Shown here: one piece after another, positions 6,541-16,186 of the stretch
Layout of the letters: every line of letters starts with the position of its first letter
Numbering within the stretch: the first letter of the stretch is position 1
Origin: a virus
Strand: one strand, 5' to 3'
Virus record (IMG/VR): IMGVR_UViG_3300045241_000217
Coordinates: 45,171-109,170 of that record
DNA length: 64,000 bases
Made by a program: the position numbers and the translations under genes
Notes under the pieces: model-generated
Told to the model about the DNA's origin: nothing
What the model saw: the letters and a program-made list of their open reading frames with translations, nothing else
Database searches by the model: none

Positions 6541-8804
6541 GCCGCTGCCCGAGCAATGAACAAGTGGGCCGTCACCAAGATGAACGAAATAGGCGTCACG
6601 GGTGCCCACTCGACGCTGACCGGGAACGCGTCGCCGATCTGCTCGATGACCAGCGTCTCGGGGCGGTACGAGAACAGGATGCCGTCGAGCACGAGCTCCT
6701 CGAGCACACCGAGCGCGAGGCTCTTGAGCACGCCGACGCTGCCACGGATGCCCGCAGTGCCGACCTTGCGCTCCATGCGGCGCCGGAACTCGAAGATCGC
6801 CGTGTCGTCGGCGGCGTTCGCGCTCACCTCGCCGAACACCACGTTGTCGTCCTGCGTGTAGGTGGTGATCGAGCGGATCCAGCGGATGCCGATGCCGTCC
6901 ACCTTCTCGGCGATCATGAGACCCGCACGGATGAGCGAGTCCTGGTCGTTCTCGACGTCCCACGTACTGTCGTTGCGGATGTCGAGCACGTTGATGAGCT
7001 TGTGCGTCAGCGGCTCGCCCACCGGAGCGCCGGCCTGCTGACCCGCCGCGATCGCGTCGAACATGTAGGGCGGGTACCAGGTGGCCTCGCCCGTGAGGGG
7101 GTCGAAGCGCTGGCACTCCTGGGCCACGCCCGAGAGGTGGCGCGTGTTGAGCGCCTGGAGCTGCGTGCGAATGTTCGCCTGCGTCTCACCCGTGCCATCC
7201 ACCTTGCCGAACGCGACGTAGCCGTTGGCCTCGCTGCGGCCCTGGCCGGCGCGCCATACGAGGTGCGTGCGGAGGAGCGCCTCGATGGCGGGGTCGCGCG
7301 AGAGCACCACGATCTGCGTGACGCGGCGCTTCTTGAGCAGGTCGAGCGCGGCCTGCCACTGGTTGATCGTGACCACGCCCTCGATGCCGCCCGAGAGGTA
7401 CACGTCGCTCGCGGTGTTGGCCGGCACGAGCGAGGCGCCGGCGTGTCGCGCCGCGCGCACCATCGCCGAGCCGTTGTTGAGAGCCTCGATGAAGCGCTCG
7501 AGATCGTCGGAGAACGTGGCGGTCGTGAGGAGCGAGACGGCCGTCGAGTAGTCGAGGGTCGAGACGAGTTCGGTACCGGCATCCACCGCGAGCGCCGTGG
7601 CGGTGAAGCCCGCGAGCGCGTTGAGGCGATCGACGAGCCGCTGCACGGTCTTGAACGTGGCGGTGGCTGCGCTCACCGCGCGAGCCGCGACGGTGATGGT
7701 GCGCGCACCGGCGATGTCGCCCAGGCACAGCACGCTCAGCGTGCGGAAGTTGTCCGCGCTCACGACGGGCGTGGTGCCGGCCGTCATGTCGAAGCGGTCG
7801 CCGATGATCGCGCCGGTCGTGCTGAGTCCGAACACCGCGACGTCGTTGGCGGCGTTCACGTCGATCGACACGGCGATGGTCGTGTCGGCCACCGGCGAGT
7901 TCGTGAGGAGCACCACGCCGCGCGTGAGAACCGCGGGGGCGAGCGAGAAGAGCGTCGTGGGGATCACGCTGTCGGTGACCAGCACGGTGCCCACGGCCGC
8001 CGCGCTCATCACGGTGCCGAGCACCTTGCTGAAGGACTGCGTTCCCTGCACGGGCGTGACGCCGTTCAGCACCTTGGTCTCGCTCACGGGGGTCGTGCCC
8101 GAGAGCCCGTAGACCGTGACGCTCTGCGTGGTGTCGCCCGCGTTGCTCGAGACGTAGCGGAGCGCGCCGGGCGCCGGGATGTTGGCGGTGCGCTGAGCCA
8201 CCAGGCCGGTGGCGGTCTTCGTCGCGTCCACGATGAAGGCCGTGCTCGTCACGCGTGCGAGAGCCGTCGTGTAGCCGCCGGTGCTCGGGGTGTAGAGCGC
8301 GCTGAACGCGGGGAGCCCGCCCACATCGTCGAACGTCTCGACGACGTCCTCGAAGGTGATGGTGATGAGCTTGCCGCGGTCGGTGCCGGCAGCGACCGAC
8401 AGGTTGATCTGCGAGGTGAAGAGCCCGTAGTCCACGCTCGTGAGATCCACCGAGGGTGCCGCGAGCGCGTCGGCGAGCGTCGCGATGCTCTGCGTGGCCG
8501 GGTTCACCTTCACCGGCACGATCATCTGCGCGCCACCCGGCACGGCCTCGTCGAGAGACGGGTCGAACGCGAAGAGCGAAGCCGTGCGCAGGTCGCCCGA
8601 GCGGTACTGCTTCTGCGCCTTCTGCGGGTTCGAGAGATCGTAGGTCTTGTCCACCGTGAGGGGGACGCCGCCCTCGGCGGTGCCGACGAGCGCCACGATG
8701 CCGGTGCTGGAGATGCTCGTGCTCTGGAGCTGCGAGGCGTCGATGACCGAGTACGCACCGGGGACGACGATGTTGCGGCCGCCGAAGTACACGCTGGAGG
8801 GCAT
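6537..8804 (-). CDS. Tail sheath protein
   Basis: 755 aa; N-terminal YFGGR.IVVPGAYS.ID and ALVGTAEGGVP; C-terminal GEPLTHK, IRW.RSITTY...N....E.S. Confidence 0.92.
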   Translation of the reverse strand: MPSSVYFGGRNIVVPGAYSVIDASQLQSTSISSTGIVALVGTAEGGVPLTVDKTYDLSNPQKAQKQYRSGDLRTASLFAFDPSLDEAVPGGAQMIVPVKVNPATQSIATLADALAAPSVDLTSVDYGLFTSQINLSVAAGTDRGKLITITFEDVVETFDDVGGLPAFSALYTPSTGGYTTALARVTSTAFIVDATKTATGLVAQRTANIPAPGALRYVSSNAGDTTQSVTVYGLSGTTPVSETKVLNGVTPVQGTQSFSKVLGTVMSAAAVGTVLVTDSVIPTTLFSLAPAVLTRGVVLLTNSPVADTTIAVSIDVNAANDVAVFGLSTTGAIIGDRFDMTAGTTPVVSADNFRTLSVLCLGDIAGARTITVAARAVSAATATFKTVQRLVDRLNALAGFTATALAVDAGTELVSTLDYSTAVSLLTTATFSDDLERFIEALNNGSAMVRAARHAGASLVPANTASDVYLSGGIEGVVTINQWQAALDLLKKRRVTQIVVLSRDPAIEALLRTHLVWRAGQGRSEANGYVAFGKVDGTGETQANIRTQLQALNTRHLSGVAQECQRFDPLTGEATWYPPYMFDAIAAGQQAGAPVGEPLTHKLINVLDIRNDSTWDVENDQDSLIRAGLMIAEKVDGIGIRWIRSITTYTQDDNVVFGEVSANAADDTAIFEFRRRMERKVGTAGIRGSVGVLKSLALGVLEELVLDGILFSYRPETLVIEQIGDAFPVSVEWAPVTPISFILVTAHLFIARAAA

Positions 8805-8828
8805 CGCGATGGTTCCTTCTGGCCCCCA

Positions 8829-8867
8829 GAAACGAAAAAGGCGCCCCGGCTTTCGCCGAGAGCGCCT
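8829..8867 (-). terminator. Intrinsic terminator/attenuator in the sheath leader
   Basis: Minus strand AGGCGCTCTCGGC-GAAA-GCCGGGGCGCCT followed by TTTTCGTTTCT. Confidence 0.7.
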
Positions 8868-8886
8868 CAGTGCCCACGATCGTGAG

Positions 8887-8933
8887 CGGGCCTACGTGAC
8901 CAGACTTTGCGCCGTGCGGGGCGGTACGGTCAA
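8887..8933 (-). promoter_or_regulatory. Putative late promoter and conserved leader
   Basis: TTGACC-18 nt-CAAAGT then CTGGTCACGTAGGCCC; near copy at 29850-29895. Confidence 0.6.
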
Positions 8934-8945
8934 GCCACGCGCTCG

Positions 8946-9025
8946 CGTGCTACGAATAGGTCGGCCCGCGACGCTATCAACGTCAGCGGGCCGCGCCCCA
9001 TAGCCTCCTCGAAAGGCTCCGAGAC
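8946..9025 (+). promoter_or_regulatory. Conserved HNH leader (copy 1 of 3)
   Basis: CGTGCTACGAATAGGTCGGCCCGC...GCGGGCCG...GCCTcctcgaaAGGC...AGACATG. Confidence 0.65.
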
Positions 9026-9562
9026 ATGTCGAAAGTAGCACGCCGAATCGCGGCGACACACCTTGCCGATCGTCTGTGGGCAAAGGTCGATCGCGACGGT
9101 CCGCTTCACCCTCGGCTCGGCACGCGGTGCTGGCTATGGCGTGGTGGGATTACGCGTGGTCACGGCGGGCGTGGGTATGGACAGGTGCGCGTCCCCAACG
9201 AGGGGTCTACTGGACCATCGCGGATGCTCGCCCATCGGCTCGCTTGGATCTTGACGAACGGCGACCCGCCCACCGACAAGCCCAACGTCCTGCATCGCTG
9301 CGACAACCGCGCGTGCTGCAATCCGGACCACCTTTTCGTGGGAACGCAGAAGCAAAATATTCACGACGCCGTTGGCAAGAGCAGACACCCGCACGGAGCG
9401 ACGCACGGCATGGTGCGACTGACGGAGGAACTGGTGCGCGCGGTCTTTTCGGCGATCGGAACGGACACGGAGATCGGACTTCGCTTCGGAATCTCCAGGA
9501 CACACGCAAGCCAGATCCGACTGGGCAAGAGGTGGCGTCACCTCGGATTGGTGTCGGCCTAA
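9026..9562 (+). CDS. HNH homing endonuclease
   Basis: RLWAKVDR..CWLW.G..YG..AHRLAW..VLHRCDNRACCNPDHL..GTQKQNIHD plus C-terminal HTH. Confidence 0.92.
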   Translation: MSKVARRIAATHLADRLWAKVDRDGPLHPRLGTRCWLWRGGITRGHGGRGYGQVRVPNEGSTGPSRMLAHRLAWILTNGDPPTDKPNVLHRCDNRACCNPDHLFVGTQKQNIHDAVGKSRHPHGATHGMVRLTEELVRAVFSAIGTDTEIGLRFGISRTHASQIRLGKRWRHLGLVSA

Positions 9563-9864
9563 GCGTCGAGGCTGCGCGCGATCCGGCGGAGCACGCGTGC
9601 GGCGACCCTGCGCGTCGCCATGAGCGCCAGGCGAGGGAGGCTTGCGTCGGCCGCTTCACGCACCGCGTCTCGCCGCTCCTCCTTGCGAAGCCACGCGGTC
9701 TGGTTCGCCACCGGGCAGTGCGAGAGGTGCAGGCCGATGCCGCCGCACTCCTCGCAGAAGCTGATGGGCGTCGGGTCGTGCGAGACGGGCGGAGGCGGCG
9801 GGATGATCCCCAGGGGATCCCCGTCGAGCATGTCGAACTCGGAGTCCGTCGGCTCCCCGTTCAT
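9559..9864 (-). CDS. Hypothetical protein
   Basis: ATGA coupling; CxxC...H...C motif. Confidence 0.5.
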   Translation of the reverse strand: MNGEPTDSEFDMLDGDPLGIIPPPPPVSHDPTPISFCEECGGIGLHLSHCPVANQTAWLRKEERRDAVREAADASLPRLALMATRRVAARVLRRIARSLDA

Positions 9865-10184
9865 CGCTCGACGAGCATGAAGGCCGCGAGCTCGGCCTTC
9901 CATCCCGCGGCGGTGAGCTTGCGCGTCACGCCCTTGAGCTTCTCGCAGTGCACGAACGCCGCGACCGTGGCCTCCTTGCGGTGGGCGAACGCGCGCTCGA
10001 CCGTGATCTCCGGCTCGGTGCTGGGGTGCTCGGTGACCGGCGGTGCGTCGTCCGCTTCGGGCGGAGCGGGGAGCGTGGGCGCCAGGCTCGGGCTCGCAGG
10101 CTCGTCGAGCACCGGCGTGCCGATGGTCTCCGGCTCGGTCGTGTCGGAATCAGTCGTCATCGTCGTTGGTCGCTTGGTCGCCAT
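9861..10184 (-). CDS. Hypothetical virion-module protein
   Basis: Acidic/Pro-rich N-terminus; small gene in the slot before the sheath. Start could be 10160. Confidence 0.55.
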   Translation of the reverse strand: MATKRPTTMTTDSDTTEPETIGTPVLDEPASPSLAPTLPAPPEADDAPPVTEHPSTEPEITVERAFAHRKEATVAAFVHCEKLKGVTRKLTAAGWKAELAAFMLVER

Positions 10185-10980
10185 GCACCCGAGCATGAAC
10201 GCCTCCGCGGAGACCGTCCACCACCACGTCGTCGGAGTAGATGCCGCCCAGGACGAGACGATCGGCCGACCGGTACGTCTGGAGGATCGGCACCGTCTGC
10301 ATGACCTTGCCGCGCACGGTGAGTTGCCGAACGAACGCGAGATCCGGTAGCTGATACTCCGACGGGTTCAGCTCCGCTCCCGAGAACGCGATGTCAGAGA
10401 TCCCGGAGCGCTCGAGATAGCCGCGGGCGCCCACGAGGCAGAGCTTCGCGAAGTGGTAGAGGTACAGGCACTGGTCAGGGTTCTCGGCGAGCGTCATCAC
10501 GCTCCACGTGCAGTCCCAGATCCCGCCCTCGTAGATCGCATCCTCGCCGCCGGGCGGGCGCTCGCCGTGCTGCGTCTCGTGCACGTACCTGCCGATCGGG
10601 GTCTCGCCCTCGCCCTCCTCGGCGAGCGTGATCGAGAAGATGGGCCAACTGTTCGCCGTCCTCGGGTACCCCAGGACGACTTTCGGCTGCGTCTCCTGGA
10701 AGTCCTTCACCCACGAGTCGCGCTCGCTGGTGTCGGCGATCGATGGATCGAAGAAGTGCGAGAAGAAGCGAACGCACTCCGACACGTTCGCCTTCGCGCT
10801 GAGCCGATCGATCTCCGAGAGCAGCACGGCGCGGAGCAGTCGCTCGGGGAGCACGATGGCCGTCTTGAGCTCGGCGCTCTGCGGACCGTCCACGAAGCCC
10901 TCGAAGCGAGGATCGGTCGCGCCCTCAGTGCCGCCCAGGTTGCGCTGGAGACGTCTCTTGCGCGAGGGCACGGTCGTCAT
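10150..10980 (-). CDS. Neck/tail-terminator-like protein
   Basis: VVLGYPR...P.FSITL.EE.E...IG motif; synteny immediately before the sheath. Confidence 0.6.
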   Translation of the reverse strand: MTTVPSRKRRLQRNLGGTEGATDPRFEGFVDGPQSAELKTAIVLPERLLRAVLLSEIDRLSAKANVSECVRFFSHFFDPSIADTSERDSWVKDFQETQPKVVLGYPRTANSWPIFSITLAEEGEGETPIGRYVHETQHGERPPGGEDAIYEGGIWDCTWSVMTLAENPDQCLYLYHFAKLCLVGARGYLERSGISDIAFSGAELNPSEYQLPDLAFVRQLTVRGKVMQTVPILQTYRSADRLVLGGIYSDDVVVDGLRGGVHARVHGDQATNDDDD

Positions 10981-11486
10981 CGGTAGTCGCCTCGCGAACG
11001 GAGGATCGTGTCGCGAGCGAGGCATGAGGCGCACGTGCGGTCCTTCGGGGTCGCGCACGAGCACGGAGCCATGGCTCTGTTCTTCACACCCTTGAAGTTC
11101 ATCGTCGCCAGCACGTCATCCGCCGCAGCGAACGCGAGTGCCTGACACGCGCCGCAGATCGGGAAGCACGAGCCGCCGCATTCCGCGAGAGCCGTCTCAC
11201 GGTCGCGCATCTGCTGCGGCGAGAGCAGCTCGGTGCGCGGTGGTCGCGGGTTCTCCATGTCGTGCTTGAGCAGACGCAGCCCGCGCTCGAACGTCTCGGG
11301 CGTGAGCGGCGGACTCGACGCGTAGCGGTGGCCGTCGGTGTGGAGCGTGGTCTCGATCCCGCTGAGGGTGGCGTCCACGCTCTTGCACACGGCCTCGATC
11401 TGCCGGTCGCGCTCGTGCGGCGTGTTGCTCCCCACCAGCAAGAGAGCCCGGCCCGTCTTGGTAACGCGCACGCCCTTGGTCTTCAT
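10977..11486 (-). CDS. Hypothetical Cys-rich protein
   Basis: ATGA coupling on both sides; GGAGG RBS; several CxxC motifs. Confidence 0.55.
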   Translation of the reverse strand: MKTKGVRVTKTGRALLLVGSNTPHERDRQIEAVCKSVDATLSGIETTLHTDGHRYASSPPLTPETFERGLRLLKHDMENPRPPRTELLSPQQMRDRETALAECGGSCFPICGACQALAFAAADDVLATMNFKGVKNRAMAPCSCATPKDRTCASCLARDTILRSRGDYR

Positions 11487-12271
11487 CGCGATCCTCCCTG
11501 CGACATCTGGATGAGCTCCATCGCGATCTTCTCCATCCGCTTCTGCGTCTCTTGCGCGAGGTGTCTCGCTTGGATCCCGGGGTGCTGCCACGCTCGAGCG
11601 TCGGAGCGTAGCGAGATCCGGCGGAACGTGTGATAGCCGCTCGTCTTGAGCCCGCGCGCGGTCGGCTGCGCCTTGCGGATCATGCCCTCGTAGATGGAGG
11701 CGGTGTGCCAGTCCTTCACCTTCGTGTTGAGGATCGCCTTGGCCTCGGCGCCCATCTTCATCCCCGGGTGCAGACGCTGCCCCCACACGGTCGTCCCCAG
11801 CCCCGAGCCAGCCACAGCCGCCCCTGGACGCGTCACGGTGGGAGCCAGGCGCTTGGCGACGTTGGCGATGGCCGTGGGCATGGCGGGGCCCACGTTGCGC
11901 CCTCCGGTGCCGGGGGTGCCGTGCCGGAAGGGGACCGTCACGTACGGGCCGTTCTTGCCGTACTTCACGGCGTTCCCGGTGAGCATCCAGAGGCGCATGT
12001 CGCCGCCCGCCCAGCCCTGCTCGACCATGTTCGGGACACGGCCCTGGAGCGTGATGCTCACCACGCCGTCGCCCGACTCGGGAGGCTGGAGGCCCGCGAC
12101 GTAGTCTCGCGAGCTGCTCTTGAGCTTCTCGAGCGCGAGCGAGCGCCAGGTCGCGAAGGCGGCCGCCCCCACCCCGCGGAGCACGCGCTGGCGGTCGGCG
12201 CTCTGCGGGAGCGCGGCGAGGAGCCCGGCTCGCAGCGGGGTGAGGTTCACGCTGATGAGCTTCGCTCCCAC
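11483..12271 (-). CDS. Neck / tail completion protein
   Basis: MVEQG...DMR, PYVTVPFRHGTPG, Y.TFRRIS..SD...W.HPG motifs typical of SPO1-like neck genes. Confidence 0.7.
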   Translation of the reverse strand: MGAKLISVNLTPLRAGLLAALPQSADRQRVLRGVGAAAFATWRSLALEKLKSSSRDYVAGLQPPESGDGVVSITLQGRVPNMVEQGWAGGDMRLWMLTGNAVKYGKNGPYVTVPFRHGTPGTGGRNVGPAMPTAIANVAKRLAPTVTRPGAAVAGSGLGTTVWGQRLHPGMKMGAEAKAILNTKVKDWHTASIYEGMIRKAQPTARGLKTSGYHTFRRISLRSDARAWQHPGIQARHLAQETQKRMEKIAMELIQMSQGGSR

Positions 12272-12343
12272 CGAGAGAGCCTAGCGCATCGGCGCCCCGC
12301 GCTTCATGTTGCGCTCGTTGGCCAGAGCCAGCAGGAAGATGAG

Positions 12344-13468
12344 ATGACGATGCTGGTGTTGCCTGAGCAGCTACGCGACCTGCCGCTGATCCTGAGCGTG
12401 AGCGGCGGGAAGGACTCGACCGCGATGATGCTCGCGGTGCGCGAGGCCGGTCTCCCGTTCCGAGCGGTGTTCGCTGACACCGGGTGGGAGGCGCCAGAGA
12501 CGTACGCGTACCTGGATGTGCTGCGAGCGCACATCGGACCGATCGATGTTGTTCGAGCGCTCCCACCCGTGGCTCTCGAACTGTGCATGGAGGTGACACA
12601 GTTCAGCGACGGTTCGTTGGTGCACTACGTTCCGCACGTCGAGACGCCGATCGTTCCAGTGTGCTTCGCCGATCTGTTCCACTGCTCTTCTGCGATGGCT
12701 GAACGCATCGCAGTGTATGCGCGGTTCGCCTCGCGGACGCAGCGCTGGTGCACCCGCGAACTGAAGTTGGAACCGCTTCACGCGTACCACCGCTCGCAGT
12801 CAGGCCTTCCACCGTGCGCATTGCCTCGACCCAAGAAGCGCGATCCCGAAGCGGACGACGAGGATGCCGAGGAAATCGAGCCTGAGATCGACGCGACGCT
12901 CGATCACGCGGTGCACACGGTATCCGTGACCGGAGTCCGCCGCGACGAGAGCGAGAAGCGCAAGGACGCGAAGGAGATCGAGGACGACGTTGCGTGGGGC
13001 GGATGGGCATGGCGTCCGCTGGTTGCGTGGGCCGTCGCCGACATCATCGGGCTGCACCATCGCCACGACGTGCCGGTCAACGTGCTCTACCAGCGCGGCC
13101 ATGATCGAGTCGGATGCTACCCGTGCATCAACGCGACGAAGTCCGATCTGACCCTCGTCGCACGCCACGCACCTTGGCGCATCGAGCAACTGCGAGCGTT
13201 GGAAGCGCGAGCGACCGAGCTGCGACTCAAGCGCAATGCGGAGTGGGTCCCCACCGCCAAGAGGCCGCTGCGCTACAAGAACCCCAAGGCCACGTTCTTC
13301 CAAGGTCGCGATGCTGGTCTGACGGGTGTTGCGCCGGGGATCGACGAGGTGGTGTCGTGGGCACGAACCTCTCGCGGCGGGCGACAGTTGCCGCTGCTCG
13401 TCGAGCCGCCCGACGGAGGTTGTTTCCGGTGGGGCTTCTGCGATCCACCGAGCAAGGAGACGCCGTGA
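12344..13468 (+). CDS. PAPS reductase family (PP-loop) protein
   Basis: SVSGGKDS, FADTGWE, RWCTRELK.EP, GVRRDES..R, WRPL..W, LY.RG.DRVGCYPC. Confidence 0.9.
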   Translation: MTMLVLPEQLRDLPLILSVSGGKDSTAMMLAVREAGLPFRAVFADTGWEAPETYAYLDVLRAHIGPIDVVRALPPVALELCMEVTQFSDGSLVHYVPHVETPIVPVCFADLFHCSSAMAERIAVYARFASRTQRWCTRELKLEPLHAYHRSQSGLPPCALPRPKKRDPEADDEDAEEIEPEIDATLDHAVHTVSVTGVRRDESEKRKDAKEIEDDVAWGGWAWRPLVAWAVADIIGLHHRHDVPVNVLYQRGHDRVGCYPCINATKSDLTLVARHAPWRIEQLRALEARATELRLKRNAEWVPTAKRPLRYKNPKATFFQGRDAGLTGVAPGIDEVVSWARTSRGGRQLPLLVEPPDGGCFRWGFCDPPSKETP

Positions 13469-13575
13469 CGCCCGAGAACGCCATCGGTTACGCGCTTGCC
13501 GCTCTCCTCGCGGCGTGTGCTCTGTGCGTGGCCCTCGGTGCCACCGCCGAGTTCCTCGAACGCATCGCGCAGTAG
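13465..13575 (+). CDS. Small membrane peptide
   Basis: AAGGAG RBS, GTGA overlap, single hydrophobic helix. Confidence 0.45.
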   Translation: MTPENAIGYALAALLAACALCVALGATAEFLERIAQ

Positions 13576-13576
13576 C

Positions 13577-14515
13577 TCACCTCTCGGGGAGCTTGGCCGC
13601 CACGCCCAGCGGCACCGGTACGAGCGGGTCGAACGTCGGCGTCATGTTCGTGCCCTCATCGGTGAGCCACATGAGCTTCGCCTTGCTCGACACGGGCAGC
13701 GAGATCGATCGCGACTTGATCCCCGCCGGCGTCTTGCGTCCGCTCATGTCGTCGCGCGTGACGTGCGTCCAGGAGGTCACGAGGTACACGGGATGGAAGT
13801 CGTAGTGGACGCTGAGCGAGCTCCCCTCGGGCACGAACGCGTCGCCGGTGGCCGTCCACTCGATCCAGCCCTCGGGACTGATGGCGAAGTGCGTGCCCTC
13901 CTCAAGCACCTCGACGGTGTCCTTGCCGGGGCAGACGAAGAGCATCTTGGCGACGTGCACGATCCGGAAGCGCGCGCTGTCCACGAGGCGCGCGGCGGGG
14001 AGCGTCTGCCGCCGGCCACGTCGGTTTCCCTTCTTGAGCGTCTCGGTGAAGGGGATCACCGGGTCGATCAGTTCGAGCGAGTCGAGGAAGCCCATGCGGA
14101 ACTGCGGCTCGACGGTGACCTGCACCTCGCCGCTCTGCCACAGGCTCATTCGCTCGTAGAGCGTCGTGCGCTTGTCGAACTGCATCATCGTCGCCGAGAT
14201 CACATGCGGGTCTACGTAGATGAGGCCGCTGCCACCGCAGTAGGAGCACCCGAGCTTGCTCTGCTCGGTCTCGTCGGTCTGGCGTGGGCAGATCATCGCC
14301 TTGCGCCAGATCACGTTCTTGCCGTGCTGGCGCACGAGCTTGATGAACTCCTCCTCGTGGAAGCTCGCGCGCGTCTTGGTGATCGGGAACTGGTCGCCCT
14401 CGGTCGTGAGCTTGCTGCCCACGGTCGGAGGCACCTCGTTCTGCACCTTGCGCGCGACGTCGAGAGTCGGAGTGGGCGCCTTGATCTTCTTGCGGTCGCC
14501 GGGCGGGATGGCCAT
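13577..14515 (-). CDS. Head closure / head-tail adaptor protein
   Basis: F.KLV.QHG..VIW.KA..CP...C..CGGSG.IY motif; neck-module synteny. Confidence 0.7.
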   Translation of the reverse strand: MAIPPGDRKKIKAPTPTLDVARKVQNEVPPTVGSKLTTEGDQFPITKTRASFHEEEFIKLVRQHGKNVIWRKAMICPRQTDETEQSKLGCSYCGGSGLIYVDPHVISATMMQFDKRTTLYERMSLWQSGEVQVTVEPQFRMGFLDSLELIDPVIPFTETLKKGNRRGRRQTLPAARLVDSARFRIVHVAKMLFVCPGKDTVEVLEEGTHFAISPEGWIEWTATGDAFVPEGSSLSVHYDFHPVYLVTSWTHVTRDDMSGRKTPAGIKSRSISLPVSSKAKLMWLTDEGTNMTPTFDPLVPVPLGVAAKLPER

Positions 14516-14524
14516 GCGGCGAGT

Positions 14525-15052
14525 CTACGCCGAGAGGGCCGCGGCCGGCTCCTCGCGCCATGTGATGCCGCGCGTGATCTGCGAGACGGTCGGCTGAGAG
14601 ATCTCGAACTCGTCGGCGAGCTCCATCTGGGTGGCCCCGTCAGCGTACCGAGCGCGAAGTGTGCGCACGCGTTCCCAGGTCATCACGGCGAGGTGCTGGC
14701 GCTCGCCGGTCGCGGTGCGACGGGACGCGATGCAGTGCTCCATGTTCTGCTTCTGCGTGCCGGCGACGAGATGGCGCGGGTTGCAGCACGGCCGGTTGTT
14801 GCACGTGTGCATCACCAGTTTTCGCGCGGGGACGCGGCCCTTGAAGATCCGGTACGCCGCCACGTGCGCGCCTACGTTCCGCAGTTCTCCGCCAGACCCA
14901 TCATCCCAAGCGAAACTACCGTAGCCGCGCTTGCCACCGTTCAGCGGCTCGACATAGCCACGGAACGGCCAGCACGCCGATGCGCCGCCTGAGCGATCGA
15001 GCTTCTCGACGAAGCGAGCGCGGTTCGTTCGTCTGTCTCGGCGTGCGGGCAT
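14525..15052 (-). CDS. HNH homing endonuclease
   Basis: CWPF.G..YG..AHVAAY..VMHTCNNRPCCNPRHL.AGTQKQNM plus HTH. Confidence 0.9.
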   Translation of the reverse strand: MPARRDRRTNRARFVEKLDRSGGASACWPFRGYVEPLNGGKRGYGSFAWDDGSGGELRNVGAHVAAYRIFKGRVPARKLVMHTCNNRPCCNPRHLVAGTQKQNMEHCIASRRTATGERQHLAVMTWERVRTLRARYADGATQMELADEFEISQPTVSQITRGITWREEPAAALSA

Positions 15053-15079
15053 TTGCGGATACTACAACACGTCCCCCGT

Positions 15080-16186
15080 TCACGCTGCCGTCCCACGGAC
15101 CCCTTTGAAGTACGCGCGCAGCGACTTGATCTTCGCGTGGATCTGATCGCGGTAATCTTTGATTCTCGCGCCGTACCCCGTAAACTCAGGACTGCTCGTC
15201 GTATTTACGGATTGGCTGATCCCGTCGAGGCTCAGGCTCAGGCTCGCGATGCCGGCGCCGCCGAGCATGTCGCCAAAGATGTTGAGCGGGCCCATCGAGG
15301 CGCCCATGCCTATCACCTCGATGATGTCGCGCGGACATTGGCCGCGCCCGAAGCCCGCCGTGTACGTCACGTGGAAGAGTTGCGGCAGCGACTCCATCCC
15401 GTAGCCGAGCGCGGGGAGGAAGCTACCGCCGGCGCCGACGACGAAGTTGCTGATCGTTCCGGCCGTCGCGACGATCTGGAGGTGTCCGTGGGTCTTGTCG
15501 AGCCGGAACCACTCAGTCGGGAACGTCACAACGGTCTGGCCGCTCGGGTACTGGATCGTGAAGTCGTCCACCGAGATCACGGGGTAGTTGTCGAGTTGGA
15601 GGAAGCAGAACTCGTTGTAGTCGTCGCGGTGGTAGTCGTGGTCCTCGCTGAACTGCGTCGGCAGGATCGCGATGTCCAGATCGGTCTCGAGCCCGCGGAT
15701 GGCCGCGAGGATGTAGTGCTGGAAGGTCGAGTCCTTCATCCGCTGGTTCTGATCGTTGGTGAGGTCCACGCCGAAGAAGTAGCGGTCGATCAAGTCCTCT
15801 ACCGAGAGCAGCCCCCGCAGCGCCAGGCCGGCACCGACGATGGGCTCGCTCGGCTCGCTGAGCGGGTCCTCGTCGAACTTGGGGTCCGTGTTCATGTAGC
15901 GGGTGCGGTAGAGGAAGGCCGCGTCGCCCCGTCGGTCGATCATCCGGTACGTCTGCTTGTCCGCGGAGAGTGCTGGGCGCTGGTCGGGCGAGGTGATCTC
16001 GTGCCAGGTGAGCCCGACGTCGTCCGAGCGCTCGAGCACGGCGCGGTTGAAGCCCGCCCCGATGACGTCGGCGATGCCGGTGTCCGTGATGTCCACCGTG
16101 ATCACGGTGCCGATGCGGCCGCTCTCGATGGCTGGGCTGGTCGCGTTCTCGACGGGGAGGATGAGCTGGTGCCGGTCGTTCGCCAT
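15080..16186 (-). CDS. Head-tail connector (neck) protein
   Basis: YFFGVDLTN, LETDLDI.I.P, YPVISV, V.YTAGF, SLSLDGISQSV.TT.S...GYGARI. Confidence 0.75.
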   Translation of the reverse strand: MANDRHQLILPVENATSPAIESGRIGTVITVDITDTGIADVIGAGFNRAVLERSDDVGLTWHEITSPDQRPALSADKQTYRMIDRRGDAAFLYRTRYMNTDPKFDEDPLSEPSEPIVGAGLALRGLLSVEDLIDRYFFGVDLTNDQNQRMKDSTFQHYILAAIRGLETDLDIAILPTQFSEDHDYHRDDYNEFCFLQLDNYPVISVDDFTIQYPSGQTVVTFPTEWFRLDKTHGHLQIVATAGTISNFVVGAGGSFLPALGYGMESLPQLFHVTYTAGFGRGQCPRDIIEVIGMGASMGPLNIFGDMLGGAGIASLSLSLDGISQSVNTTSSPEFTGYGARIKDYRDQIHAKIKSLRAYFKGVRGTAA

